A DNA stretch of 63,500 nucleotides, the filler included. It is 5 parts of 5 records of this genome, joined end to end, with 100 filler letters (N's around TTAATTAATTAA, not from the genome) between each part and the next. Parts side by side here need not be neighbours in the genome. Positions count along the whole stretch, not along the records: positions 1 to 26,223 come from SRR31156797_6871; 4 more parts are not named here. One strand, given 5' to 3'. Below the pieces are notes generated by a model. The model was not told where the DNA came from, searched no databases, and saw nothing but the letters and a program-made list of their open reading frames with translations. Position 1 is the stretch's first letter. Each line of letters opens with the position of its first letter. Shown here one piece after another: positions 8,782-22,500 of the stretch. Made by a program: the position numbers and the translations under genes.

Positions 8782-10575
8782 CTACCTATCTATCTTAATT
8801 TTAAAATTTGAAAAAATTTTATCATAAACAGACTGAAATACGCTATCCCAAACTCTTGCAGTTTTTTGTCTAAAAAGCTTAGCACTTGGGTACCAAGGAG
8901 TTGTTTCTCCTTTATTGCCCCATCTCCAATCAGGTATTTTTTGTAAAGGAACCCAAGTTGGAACATCAAGGGCTCCTGCTAAATGAGCAACTGATGTATC
9001 TGAAGATATTACTAAATCTAATTCTTTCATTAAACTAGCAGTTTTTGAAAAATCTGTTAGCTTATGTGTTAAATCAATAATACTATCTTCCAATCCAAGT
9101 TTTTTTATATCTTCATTTTCAGGACCAACTTGTAAAGAATAAAGGTTGATTTTCGGATTATTTGCTAAAGGTTTAAAATACTCTAAACTAAATACTTTCC
9201 CCTCATAGCTTTCACCTGTAACCGATGCACTCCAACAAATACCAATATTTATTTTCCCTTTTTCCTCTTTTATTTCCAACTCTTTATCTTTGTTTGCAAA
9301 AAGATAAGGAAACTCTTTTGGTAAATCTTTTGGTGCTTTTATCTCTAAAAGTTTTGGCATACTCATAATTGGTAAGTGGTAATCAAACTCTGGAGTTGGT
9401 TCACTTCTATTTGTTAAAATATCTATTTCATCGAGAGATTTAAATAACTCTTTTAATTCATTTCTACATTTTACTGCAATTTTACAAGGAAATTTTTCTT
9501 TAAATGGTTTTAAAAATCTTATAAACTGAATAGAATCCCCAAAACCTTGTTCAGAATGTAAAAGAATAGTTTTATTTTCTAAATCCTCTTTTCCTGTAAA
9601 CATTGGCTTAGAAAAGATATCTTTATTGTTTAAAATATGAGATAACATCTCTTCTTTTCTAAATCTCCACTCGTATTCTAAAAATCCATTTTTATAATCC
9701 CCTTTTGCCAAATACATTGTTGCTAAATCAAAATGTGCATTTTCAAAATCTGGTTTTAGTTCAATTGCTTTTTTGTAGGAATCAATAGATTTTTTAACTT
9801 GTCCCAAATACTTATAAGATGTACCAACATTACTATAAGCATTTGCTCCATTTGGATCAAGTTCTATAGCTTTTTCATGTAGCTTTGCTGCTTTTTTATA
9901 GTCATGAAGTTTATTATAAACATTTCCTAGATTTGTATAAGCTCCACCATTTGTAGGATTTTTTTCAATAGCAATATTTAAAGATTCAATTGCTTCATCA
10001 TAAAGTTTCAGTTTGTTATAACAAGCTCCAATATTGCTATATAATTCATAATATTCTGGATTTAATTTTAGTGCAATTTTGAAAATATCAATAGATTCTT
10101 GATATTTTTTTTGTTTGTATAAAACTACCCCTATATTATTTACTGCTTTGTCATATTTTGGATTTACTCTTACAGCTTCTTTGTATGATGCAATAGCTTT
10201 TTGGTAGCTATTTATTTTTTCATATACCATTCCAAGATTATTGTATAATTGAAAGTTTTGAGGGTTTACTCTAATCCCATCACTATAAACTTTTAGCGCT
10301 GCTTTATAATTACCTGTATCTTTGAGTAGATTTCCTAAGTTATTATAACTTAGTTCATATTTTGGATTAGAATTTATAGCCTTTATATAACAATCATAAG
10401 CTTTTTTATTCTCTTTTTTTATTTTATAAATAACTCCCAAGTTACATAAAGCTTCTGTATTTTTATCTTCACTTTCTAAAATATTTTCATAAATTTCAAT
10501 TGCTTTATCAAACTCTTTTTGTTTGAAAGCTTCATGTGCTTGATTAAATAAATCTTTTATATCATTTTTACTCAT
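8782..10575 (-). CDS. TPR-repeat protein with C-terminal GT-B (GT9-like) glycosyltransferase domain
   Basis: About 8 TPRs (YNNLGNLL, YTNLGNVY, etc.), then YEWR, EQGFGDSIQFIRF and DLVISSDTSVAHLAGAL...DWRW...WYPSAKLFRQ. Confidence 0.85.
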   Translation of the reverse strand: MSKNDIKDLFNQAHEAFKQKEFDKAIEIYENILESEDKNTEALCNLGVIYKIKKENKKAYDCYIKAINSNPKYELSYNNLGNLLKDTGNYKAALKVYSDGIRVNPQNFQLYNNLGMVYEKINSYQKAIASYKEAVRVNPKYDKAVNNIGVVLYKQKKYQESIDIFKIALKLNPEYYELYSNIGACYNKLKLYDEAIESLNIAIEKNPTNGGAYTNLGNVYNKLHDYKKAAKLHEKAIELDPNGANAYSNVGTSYKYLGQVKKSIDSYKKAIELKPDFENAHFDLATMYLAKGDYKNGFLEYEWRFRKEEMLSHILNNKDIFSKPMFTGKEDLENKTILLHSEQGFGDSIQFIRFLKPFKEKFPCKIAVKCRNELKELFKSLDEIDILTNRSEPTPEFDYHLPIMSMPKLLEIKAPKDLPKEFPYLFANKDKELEIKEEKGKINIGICWSASVTGESYEGKVFSLEYFKPLANNPKINLYSLQVGPENEDIKKLGLEDSIIDLTHKLTDFSKTASLMKELDLVISSDTSVAHLAGALDVPTWVPLQKIPDWRWGNKGETTPWYPSAKLFRQKTARVWDSVFQSVYDKIFSNFKIKIDR

Positions 10576-10583
10576 CTATAATC

Positions 10584-13500
10584 CTAATTTGTAACTAAAT
10601 CAATTTGAACATCTACTGTTCCACCATTTCCATCATTTAATGTATATGTTGCACCATCACTTAAAGCTGTAGAGTCTGAATCATCTCCACCAAATTTGTT
10701 ATTTGAACTATCTGTAAATTCTATTTTTGAAGCATCACTTGAATTTAATCTAATAATTAAGTCATCCGTTCCATTACCCCAAGCATCAATTAACGAACCA
10801 TCAAGAGTCCACTCTGCATTTGTTCCTCCATCACTTGAATCAGCTGCTGTATTAAAAGTCATTCCTGTTAAGTCTATTGTTTCCATATTGCTAAAGTCAT
10901 CAACATCACCAAAAGTTGTGTCTAAAGAGATACTGTTTGTAGAACCAGTTACTGAAACTGTATCATTATTTGCTCCACCATCAATATTAAAGCTATCACT
11001 ATCTAAAGATGTGAAGTCTAATGTAAAGTTATCATCACCAGCTAAACCATCAATATTTTGAGGTTCATCTCCACTTAGAGTAATAGAATCATTTGATGAT
11101 GATAGATTTAGGTTTTCAAAATCGTTTAGTTTACTGAAGTCTAAATCTCCATTTACACTTGTATTTCCAAATGATAAAGTATCGTTTCCTCCAGCATCAT
11201 TAATATTTGTAAACTCTGATGTAAAGTTGTTGAATTCTGTTGTGTTATCAAAAGTGATTGTATCATCACCACTAGATAGATTTAAGTTTTCAAAGTTTGA
11301 AACATCAATCAAATTAGCTGAATCAATAGTAACGCCCGAATCTGTTATATTTAAAGTATCATTTCCACCAATGCCTGCATCAATATTATCACTTGTATTT
11401 AAATCTGTTACCGAAGAAACATTTACAGTATCATCACCTGTTCCAAGATTAACTGTATCATTTCCACTATTTAGATTTAAAATATCGTCATTTGAAGTTC
11501 CAACTATTGTTGTACTACTTGATGAATCATTTATTGTAGTTGTTCCAGAGATATTTACATTTGATAAATTCATTGAAGAATCATCTGCATTTACAGTTAA
11601 GTTTCCTGAACCATCTACAGATAATGTACCAAGAATTGAATCATCAACACTCATAGTTCCACTATTAATAGTTAGATTATCTAAACCTGTGAAATCACCT
11701 GTGAATGTATCAGTTCCACTCCATTGTGCATTTAGGGTATTATTGTTTGTAACTTTTGTAAAGTCCATATTTGTAACACTGTCTAGGTTTGTGATATTTA
11801 AAATTGAATCATTTGTAATTGTTGTAACACTGTTTATAGTTGAAGCATCAACTTGCATTGTTCCAGAAGAAACTGTCAGTGTATCTACACCAGATAAGTT
11901 TCCTACAAATGTTCCATTTCCATCCCAAGTTGTATTTACTGTTCCACTTATAGTTGAAAGGTTAGCGTTTAGTGTTCCATCTAAATTTGTTACTTGAACT
12001 GTACCGTTATTTGTTACAGTTCTTCCAGAAACTAAAGATGCATCAGTAGTTAAAGTTGTACCTGAGTCAACCAATACTTGTGAGTTTTGGAAGTTTCCAG
12101 TAAATGTTGAATCAGCTGTAAACTGAATTGTTTCAGTTCCTGTTAATCCAAGAGTTGAGAAGTTTTGAGAAGAATCGCTATCTATTTGAACTACAATACT
12201 TCCATTTCCAGTTACATTTAAAGTTCCTAAAATATCATCACTAACTGTCATAGTTCCACTATCTACACTTAAAGTATCAACATTTGTTAAATCTCCTGTA
12301 AATGTACCTGTTCCACTCCAAGAAGTATTAATAGTATTTACATTAATTGTTGAGAAATCTATATTTGTTGTTTCAAGGTTATTTACTGTAAGAGTACCTG
12401 AACCTGAAATTGTTGTTGAATCTATTTTTGAAGCATCGGCAACAAGTGTTCCATTTACTACAATTGAAGATGCTGTATTTATTGTTCCTGTTGACACAGT
12501 CATAGTTCCACTTTCAATTGTAAGAGCAGCAGTTCCAACATCACCTGTAAATGTCCCATCTCCACTCCATGAAGCATTTACATTTCCACTAATTGATGAT
12601 AAATCAAAACTTGGATTTGCTTCAAGGTTAGTAATATTTATAGTTCCATTATTAGTAATTGTTACACCATTTAAACTTGCTGCATCAATTGTAAGTGTTT
12701 TTCCACTTGCAACAGTTAGTGCTGTGATACTTGCGTCTAAAGAACCTTCAAGGTTTGTATTTCCATTTATATTTAAAGTTTCAATATTTGAAATACTAAC
12801 ACTTGAAAAATCTAAGTTATCAGTATTTATTGTTAATGTATCTTGATTGTCTCCACCATCAATACTTGTAAGATTTGATGTTGAGTTTACAATAAATGTA
12901 TCATTTCCTGCTCTACCATTGTAGTTTGTAAATCCAGCTTCTGCAATTTGAGTAGTTCCTATAGTAATCGTATCAGCTGAACCATCTCCTAAATTTAATG
13001 TTTCAAAACCATTTAGGTTTGTGAAATCTGCATCATTATAAGTTATTGTTCCACTTGTATCTGAAATATTTAAACTATCAGTTCCAGTTCCTGCATCAAT
13101 TGTATCTGCACTACTTAAATTTGAAGAAGAGATATTAATATTGTCATTTCCTGAATCTAACACAAAATCAACAGTATCAAGTGAGTTATCACTTAGTGTT
13201 ACAGTGTTGTTTCCTGATGCAAAGTTAATATTATCTATTCCAGAAACATTTACAAAATCTGCACTATCAATCGAACCACTATTTGCAAATGTGATTGTAT
13301 CAGTTCCACCACCAACAATTGTATCAGAAGAGTCTAAAGTTTCAATACCATTGAAGATAACTTCATTATTACCTGCTCCAAGGTTTAATGATACTCCATC
13401 AAGATAACTATCACTTGCACTTAATGTAATCTCATCATCACCATTTGCGAAGTTTACATCTGAAATATTAGTTACATTTGAGAAGTCACCACTTGTTATT

Positions 13501-16500
13501 TGTCCAGAACTTGAGAATGTAACATTGTTTGTTCCACCATTTCCATTTATAACATCATTACTGCTTAGATTGTCAATTGCATAATTAAATGTATCATTTC
13601 CTGTTCCACCTGTAATATTGAAGTCTTTTGTACCAACGGTGATGTCATTTCCACCATTTGCAAGTTCAATATTTTCTACATCTACATTTGTTAATTGATT
13701 TGCTGTAATAGTTCCATTATCTAAGAATCTTAAAGTATCTATTCCATTATTTCCATTTATAACATCTGCACTTGATAGATTTGCAATATTAAACTCAAAT
13801 GTATCAGCTCCACTTCCACCTTCAATAGTACTATTTAGAGTTCCTACTGTAACTGTATTTGAACCATCACTTAAATTTATTGTTTCAATTGAAGATACTG
13901 TTGTTAAATCAACATTTCCAGTTCCATTAATATTTAAAGTATCATTACCAAGCCCACCATCTATCGAATCAGAAGTACTAAGTTCTGTATTTGTAATATT
14001 TACAATATCATCTCCAGCACCTAGATTAACTGTATCATTTCCTGAACTTAAGTTTACAATATCAACTTTATCACTCATAATGATATTGTTATCTGAACTA
14101 CCATCATTTAGCGTTAATGTACCTGTAAAGTTGTCATTGTTTATTGAGCTTAAATCAACATTTTCTGTTGTAGTTGCACTATTTAAATCAATAGCACCGG
14201 CACCTGCAATTATCATTGCACTTGTTAATTGTGTAGTTAATAGTGTTAAAGTTTGTGATGCTGCAACATCATATCTATTTATAGCTCCTAAGTTCTGTGA
14301 ACTTAGGTTAATACTAGAATCAACATTTAATGTAATATCACCATTTCCTGTATTTGTTAAGTTATCAAAATCATGGTCACTTGCTGTAGTTGTTGCATTG
14401 ATTATAATATCACCATTTCCAACTGTATCAATTATTTCTCCATCAACTTGTGTTGCATCAACTGTTAAAGTAACTCCTGAATTTACATCAAATTCGTCAA
14501 AAATATTTGTTCCCGTACCTTCAATGTTTTTTGAACTTAAATCAATATCACTAGTTACATTTAATGTAATTGTTCCAGTTCCTGATTCGTTGTTTACTGT
14601 CACATTATCAAAATTATGGTCATCTAAGTTAGTTGTTGTCTCAACAATAATTTGACCGCTTCCTTGAGTATGTAATGTAATGTTTTCATTATTTAAAGCT
14701 GTAGCACTTACTGTGATAACTTGACCATCTTGTGCTAAAATCTCTTCAAAGTTTATTAATTCAACTGATGATAAATCCATACTTGAAGTTACACTTAATG
14801 AGTCAGTTCCTGCACCTGCATCTAAAGTATCAATATTATTTACGCTATTTAAAGTAAAAGTATCATCTCCTGAACCACTTATGATTTTTTCTACATTATT
14901 TAATGTATCTGTATTTACACTGTCTGTTGCTGTAACAGTTGATGAACCATTTACTGTAACATCAATATTTGAACTTGATGAAGTATAATCAACAGTATCT
15001 GTTCCACCTTCTCCATTGAATGTGATATTATCGATTGCATCAGTATTGAAAGTATCATTATTGTTTGAACCTATGAAGTTTTCAAAACTTTCAAAGTTAT
15101 CTGTACCCACACCAGCACCATTTGTAGTACCATCATTATTTGAAACATTGAAAGTTACGCCACCAGTTGCAGAAGATACACTTAATGTATCTGTTCCAGC
15201 TCCACCAAGTAGACTATTATTGTAAATATCCCCTTGAACAATATCATCTGAGTCTCCCATTTGAACATGTTCAATATTTGAAATAGTATCACTAACAGCA
15301 CCCGTTGCAGTTCCAGCAGATAAATCAATATTTACAGAACCAGTTACATCAGTATAGTTTATCCAGTCACCAGTAGTTTCACCACCTTCTCCACCATCAA
15401 TTGTGTTTGTTCCTGTTCCTCCATAAAGAGTATCATCTCCAGTTCCACCTTGTAGATTATCATCTCCACCTGCACCAACTAAGATATCATCACCTGCATT
15501 ACCTATAAATGTATTATTGTTTGATTCACCTGTGATATTATCATTACTATTTGTTCCAGTTAAGTTCTCAATATTTGATAATGAATCTGTACCATCAATG
15601 TTAATAGTTGTTACTCCTGAATCAGTTAATGTGACATTTAAAGGTCCTGTTGCATTAGTATAATCAACAGTATCGCTATTTTCTCCACCATCAATTACAT
15701 CATCTCCTGCACTAGTTATAAAGGTATCATCTCCAGCTTCACCATACATATTATCATTACCAGTTCCTCCATCGATGTAGTCATCATTGTCTCCACCATG
15801 AAGTTCATCATCTCCTGCTAAACCATAAATAGTATCAGTTCCACCTTGACCATAAATAGTATTTCCTACAGTTAAACTATTATCACCAGTTAATGTATCT
15901 GAAGAGTTACTTCCTACAATGTTTTCAAAGTTTGAAATAGTGTCATTTCCTGTTGATGTTCCAGTTGATAAACCAGTATCTAGGTTTACAGTTACACCTG
16001 AAGTTGCATTTGTATAAACTAAAGTATCGATATTGGCTCCACCATCTAATGTGTCATTTCCAGCTCCACCTTCAACAATATCGTTTCCATCGCCTGCATT
16101 TATTTCATCATCACCAAGTAATCCTTGAACATAGTCATTACCTGCACCACTATTAATAGTATTATTTTCACTATCAGCTTTGATATAATCATCTTTATCA
16201 CTACCATCTACATTTTCTACATCATACATTTTTGTAGAATTGTTTGTACCTGAAGATACAAACTCAATATTGTTGTCGATTAACATATCAACTGTAATAT
16301 CATAGTTTGTAGAATCACTATCTGGATCAACTAAAATATTTGAGTTAGCATCCCCTGCTGTTCCATCAAGATTACTAGTTAAGATTACTTTATCTGCATT
16401 TCCATCTCCACCATAGATATAATCAGATTTTCCCTCTTCATTTGTAGTTACAGTAAATGTATCATTCCCGCCTAATCCATAGATTATATTTGTAACTCCA

Positions 16501-19500
16501 TCTTCACCTATTAAGATATCATCTTGAGAAGTTGCTGTTAGGTTTTCTACATTTGATATTGTTTGAGAATTTCCAAAGGCATCTGTACTTGTTCCTAAAC
16601 CTAAATTTACATCTACACCTTGAGTTCCCTCTTTGAAAATAACAGTATCTTCATCATTTCCACCATTAATTGTGTCAGTTCCCTCTTCATCATGTATAAT
16701 ATCAGTACCATTGTCTCCTGATAAAATATTAGTACCAGAACCACCCCAAATAGTATCGTTGTTTTCACCACCTGCTATATTGTCATCACCTGCATTACCA
16801 TATAGTCTATCATCTCCATCATCTCCTCTTAATACATCAGCACCATCTCCACCAAAGATTAAATCAGCACCTTCATTACCATTGATAATGTCATCACCAC
16901 CCATTCCAAGAACAGTATCATTACCTTGTGATGAACTTACAGTATTGTCTCCATCATCTCCAACAAATGTATCATCAACATTACTTAAATTAAATCTTTC
17001 AAAATCTGCTGTACCATCTGCTTCTTTTAAAATATAATCTGTTTCATTTCTTGAATCTGTAACTAAGAAAAACTCTTGGTCTCCATTGACTGTATCAAGT
17101 CCACTTAATGTAATTGTAGTTGTTTGTTCAGAAACTGATGTATCAGCAACTCCATCATCATCTAAATCTATTGAGGCATCTTGAAGTATTATTTTTACAC
17201 TATTTCCAGTATATGAGTTTCTATAGTCAAGTAAGTCTTGTCCTGCACCACCAATTAGAGTATCACTTCCTCCACCAGCTCTTGCATTATCATCTCCATC
17301 ACCTAAATCGTATACATCATCTCCATATCGTCCTATTACTTGATCATTTCCATCATACATAATAAATGTATTACTTACATCAGAACCCCAAATTGTTGTT
17401 GATGCGCCTGATTGTCTATCAAGTACATTTTCAATGTTATAAATTCCATTTGAAGATGAATTTAAATCGATATTTTCTGTGTAGTATTCTAAACTCAACC
17501 AGTCACTTCCATCTTCACCATCAACATAGTTATTTCCAACTGAGTTAGAATGGAAAATTGTATCATCTCCATCACCTGCTAAAATAGAGTTATCTTCTGT
17601 GTCAACTCCACCTAAAGTATCAACTAAATCTGTACCAATAATATTTTCTATTTGTGAAATCAAATCAAAGTCTGTAGTTGAGTCATTGTTTATTACTTTT
17701 ACATAAGTGCCATCAATATCATCATTTGCACTATCTAATGTGTAGGTAGAATCTGTTAGTTTACCACTTAAATCAACTGTAATTCCATTTGATGAGTTAG
17801 AGTAATCTATCCAATCTTCTTCTAAGTTTGCACCACCTACAGAATCACCATACATAACAGCTTTATCAAAGTTACCAGTAAATGTATCTATACCCTCTTG
17901 ACCGAATGCTACATCTTCACTTGTATCATCAGTATCAGTTCCTGTATTTATGATATCACTTCCTGTTCCGGCATAAATAGTATCAAATCCACCTAATCCA
18001 TTTATTGTGTCATTTCCACCATATCCAAAGATAGTATTATCGTTGTTATCACCTGTTAATCTATCAGCATAATTTAATGAACCAATAATATTTTCAACAT
18101 TACTAATTGCTCCTGATTCTGTATTTCCATAACCATCTTCGTTAACTGTAGATGTTTGAAGATTTACATCAACTGAAGCTTCAATATCATAGAAACTTAT
18201 AACATCTTCACCATCTCCACCGTCATAAGTATCAACTCCATCACCACCAATTAATGTATCATTTCCATCATTACCAAATAGGTAATCAGATCCATTTCCA
18301 CCATTTAATGTATCATCTCCACTATTACCATCAAGAGAGTTATTATTATCGTCACCAATTAATGTATCATTGTATGTAGTTCCAAGCAGGTTTTCTATTC
18401 CTGAGATTGTTGTACTTCCTAGACCACCTGAGATTTGACCATCTTGCATTCTTGCATTTACTGCTGAATTCAAGGCTTCAAAGCTAAGCCAGTCTCCTCC
18501 TCCAGTTCCTGTTGTATTTGAACCACCTTCAATAGCATCTCCACCACTTGTTGCAATAATTGTATCATCCCCAGCACCTGCATTTATATCATTCCAATCA
18601 TCAGTTCCTTTTATAATATCATCATGCGCAGAACCAATTACTTTTTCAACAGAAGTTACATCATCTTGACCACCAAATCCATCTTCCATTACATGGTGAG
18701 CAACTGCAACATTATTTTCATCTGTTTGATTTAAATAAACTCTAACACCTACATCTGCATCTGCAAAATCAATAGTATCTGTTCCTGCTCCACCATCAAT
18801 AGAGTCATTTCCTGCTTGACCACTTAATGTATCATCTCCATTTTCACCATATATAGTATCATCTCCAATACCACCATAAATAGAGTCCATTGAACCTTGT
18901 CCATAGAAAGTATCACTATAGTCAACTCCAACTTGTGCAGTTCCATTAAACCCTAAAATAGTATCTGTATCAGCAGAACCTTTTATAATCTCTATATGGT
19001 CTTCTAAAGTATCTGTTTCACTTCCAACTGTAACAGTTCCAAAGTCATTAGAAACTCCACTTCCTAGATTTACAGTTATCCCTGTAGTTGTGATTTGTTC
19101 ATAAGTTAAAGTATCACTACCAGTTCCACCAGTAATTGTATTACTTCCTTCTCCTGAATAGATTGTATCATCACCAGTTCCGGCATCTATTGAATCATCT
19201 CCTGTTGCAGCATATCTATTGATAATATCATTTCCTGCTCCACCATCTATTGAGTCATTTCCTTGTGAACCATCAAGAGTATCATTTCCAATTCCACCCT
19301 CTATAGTATCGGCATTTGAACCACCTGTGATAGAGTCATTTCCATCTTCACCTTGAAGTAAATTTGCTCCTGCAATTCCAACAATTGTATCATTACCTAA
19401 ACCACCAACTAAAGTATTTGCAACACTACTTCCTCTTAGTTGGTCATCACCATTTGTTCCAATTACAACTTCAATCTCTCTAATTGTATCAACTACTGCA

Positions 19501-22500
19501 CTTCCACCATTTTGGTATCCATCATCTGTAGCTTGTTCTAAACCTAGGTCTACAATAACTGCATTTTCACCTGTATTGTTTACATCAATATTACTAAAGT
19601 CTAAAGTATCAACTCCATCTCCACCAATAAATGTATCAACACCTTGTGAAGCATAAAAAGTATCATTTCCACTATAACCATCTAAAGTATTAACTTCAGA
19701 GAAATCATCACTTCCTTTTATAGTATCATTATTTCTTGTACCAACAACATTTTCAATACCTTCAACACTATCATATCTTGTTGCATCTCCTACAACTTTT
19801 ATCTCTTGTTCATTGTTTGTTGTTGAGTCATTGTCATCTAAAGACAAATCAACATTAATTGCTGTGGCGTCAGTTAAATAACTATAATTTACAGTGTCAT
19901 TTCCACTATCTGTATGTGTTCCAGCAGTTACACTTCCACCATAAATCATATCATTATCAAGTCCACCTAAGATAGTATCATTATCTCCTTGTCCTTCAAT
20001 AACATCTGCTCCTAATCCACCAATAAGAATATCGTTTCCGCCATTTCCTAAAAGTGAGTTATCAGAATCATCTCCAACCATTGTATCAGCAAGATTTGAA
20101 CCTATAACATCTTGAATATCATAAAGTCTATCTGTACCTTCACCTACAGCTGTTTGTGTTGCAATAATTGTAGTTGTTTCATTTAATAAACCAATAGTAC
20201 TTGATGTTGAAGATAAGTTTAGTAGTATTGAATGTGATGAAGAAGAATAATCAACTACATCTCTATCAGAATCAGCACTTGATACATTTAAAGCATTACC
20301 ATAAATAAAGTCATCACCTGCACCACCTGCAAATGTATCTGCACCAGTTTGACCAACTAAGGTATCACTTCCTGCTCCACCGTAAATAGTATCGCCTGAT
20401 GCTCCACCATCAAGTATATTATTGTTTCCATCACCAATAATAGTATCAACAGAAGAAGTTCCTGTAATATTTTCAATTCCTGTAATAAACTCTGCATTTG
20501 CAAAACCATCATCTTGTACTCTATATGTTGATTCTGTTCCTAAAACTTGAGTTGCATTTAAATCAACTTTTATCCCTTGTGTACCATCACTGTAATCAAT
20601 TGTATCAGAAGAACCATCTCCTCCATCAATATAATCTTGTCCCTCTAAACCTTTAAAGATATCATTATCTGCTCCACCAAATAATGTATTATCTTTATCA
20701 TCACCAGTAATATTATCTGCTCTTTCTGTACCAATTACATTTTCTATTTCTCTAAGAACATCAGTATTTCCATTTGATAAAGCAGTTCCTTCTGCTGCAT
20801 TTGAACCATTGTTATCAGTATCTAAATCAACAGTTACACCATAAGCTAAATCTGAGAAGTCTACTGTATCTTCATCTGCACCACCATTTATAACATCTGC
20901 CGCAGCTCCACCTCTAATAGTATCGTTTCCACTTCCAGTTGTGATTGTATTTGATTGTGCATCTCCATAAATAGTGTCATTTCCTGAACCTGTAATAATA
21001 TTTTCAACACCATCTAAATACTCAGCATTTCCATATCCGTCATTTTCAATTCTATATGTGTTATCACTTCCGTCTGTTTGTGACTTTGTCATATCTATAA
21101 CTACATTTTCACTTCCCGTTGTAAAGTCAGCTGTATCAACTCCACTTCCACCAATTAGCCTATCTTGTCCATCAAGTCCTATTAGGTAATCATTTCCTGC
21201 TCTACCTTCAAGGATATTACCTGAGTCGTTACCTGCAAGATAATCTCCTTTATCAGAACCTATAATATTTTCAATATTTGTAATAGTGTCATTTCCATAT
21301 TCAGCATGGATTCTTTGTGAAGTTGTTATTGATAAATCTACTTCAATACCAAGATATGCATCAACTCCACCATTAGTTGCATCACCATCATTTGAATCAA
21401 CAACTCTATCATCTCCAGAATCGTCATTTATTGCAATTGAACTATAATCAAGTGTATCACTAGTACCATTTACAGTTCCAGCATCAGTATCATCTCCATC
21501 AATAATATCATCGCCTGCACCAGCATAAATATAATCGTTTCCAGCTCCACCTTCTACAGTATCATCTCCTGCCATTTCTGAAATTGTGTCATTTCCAGCT
21601 AGACCTTTTAAAATATTTGCAGAGTCATTACCAGTGATTTGGTCAGCCTCTCCACCTAAGTTTGTTCCTGTAATATTTTCTATTGAGTTAAAAGTATCAG
21701 TTCCAATTGATGTTCCAACAGCAAATGAGTTTGCAATATTTGCTTGGATAGATGCACTTTCATTACTATAATCAGCAGTATCACTTCCTAATCCACCAAT
21801 TAGGTTGTCATTCCCTGCTCCACCAATTAGTGTATCATCTCCATCTCCACCATCTAAAGTATCAACTCCTGCTCCACCATCTAAAGTATCACCATCTTCA
21901 TTACCATATAAAATATCGTTATCATCTCCACCTTGGATATAATCAACACCAGAACCACCATAAATAGTATCAAGTCCTAAACCACCAATTAATATTTCAG
22001 TACCAGTTGCATTTGCTCCACCATCGATATAATCATCACCTGCTCCACCATTAATAGTATCTGTACCTGCATTACCTATTAAACTATTTGCATCAGAATC
22101 ACCAGTAATTGTATCTGATAATGATGTACCATTTATATTTTCAACATTTACTATTGTATGGTCATCAGCATTTCCATCTACACTTACACTTGAAACCACA
22201 TTATTATTTAGTGTTACTTCTACACCAGTTGTTGAAACAGAAACATTACTATAATCAACAGTATCACTACCTCTTGTTAAATCAGATTCTGTTCCACCAT
22301 CTATTTCATCTGCTGTAAATTCTGTACCGGTAAATAAGTCATTTCCAGTACCACCTATCAAGCTATCAGCATCTGCTCCACCTATTAAAGTGTCATTCCC
22401 TGATCCACCATCTAAATAATCTTGTCCTGCTCCACCTGATAATTCGTCATTTCCTGCCATACCATAAAGCGTATTTACAGCAGTATCACCAGCAATAGTG

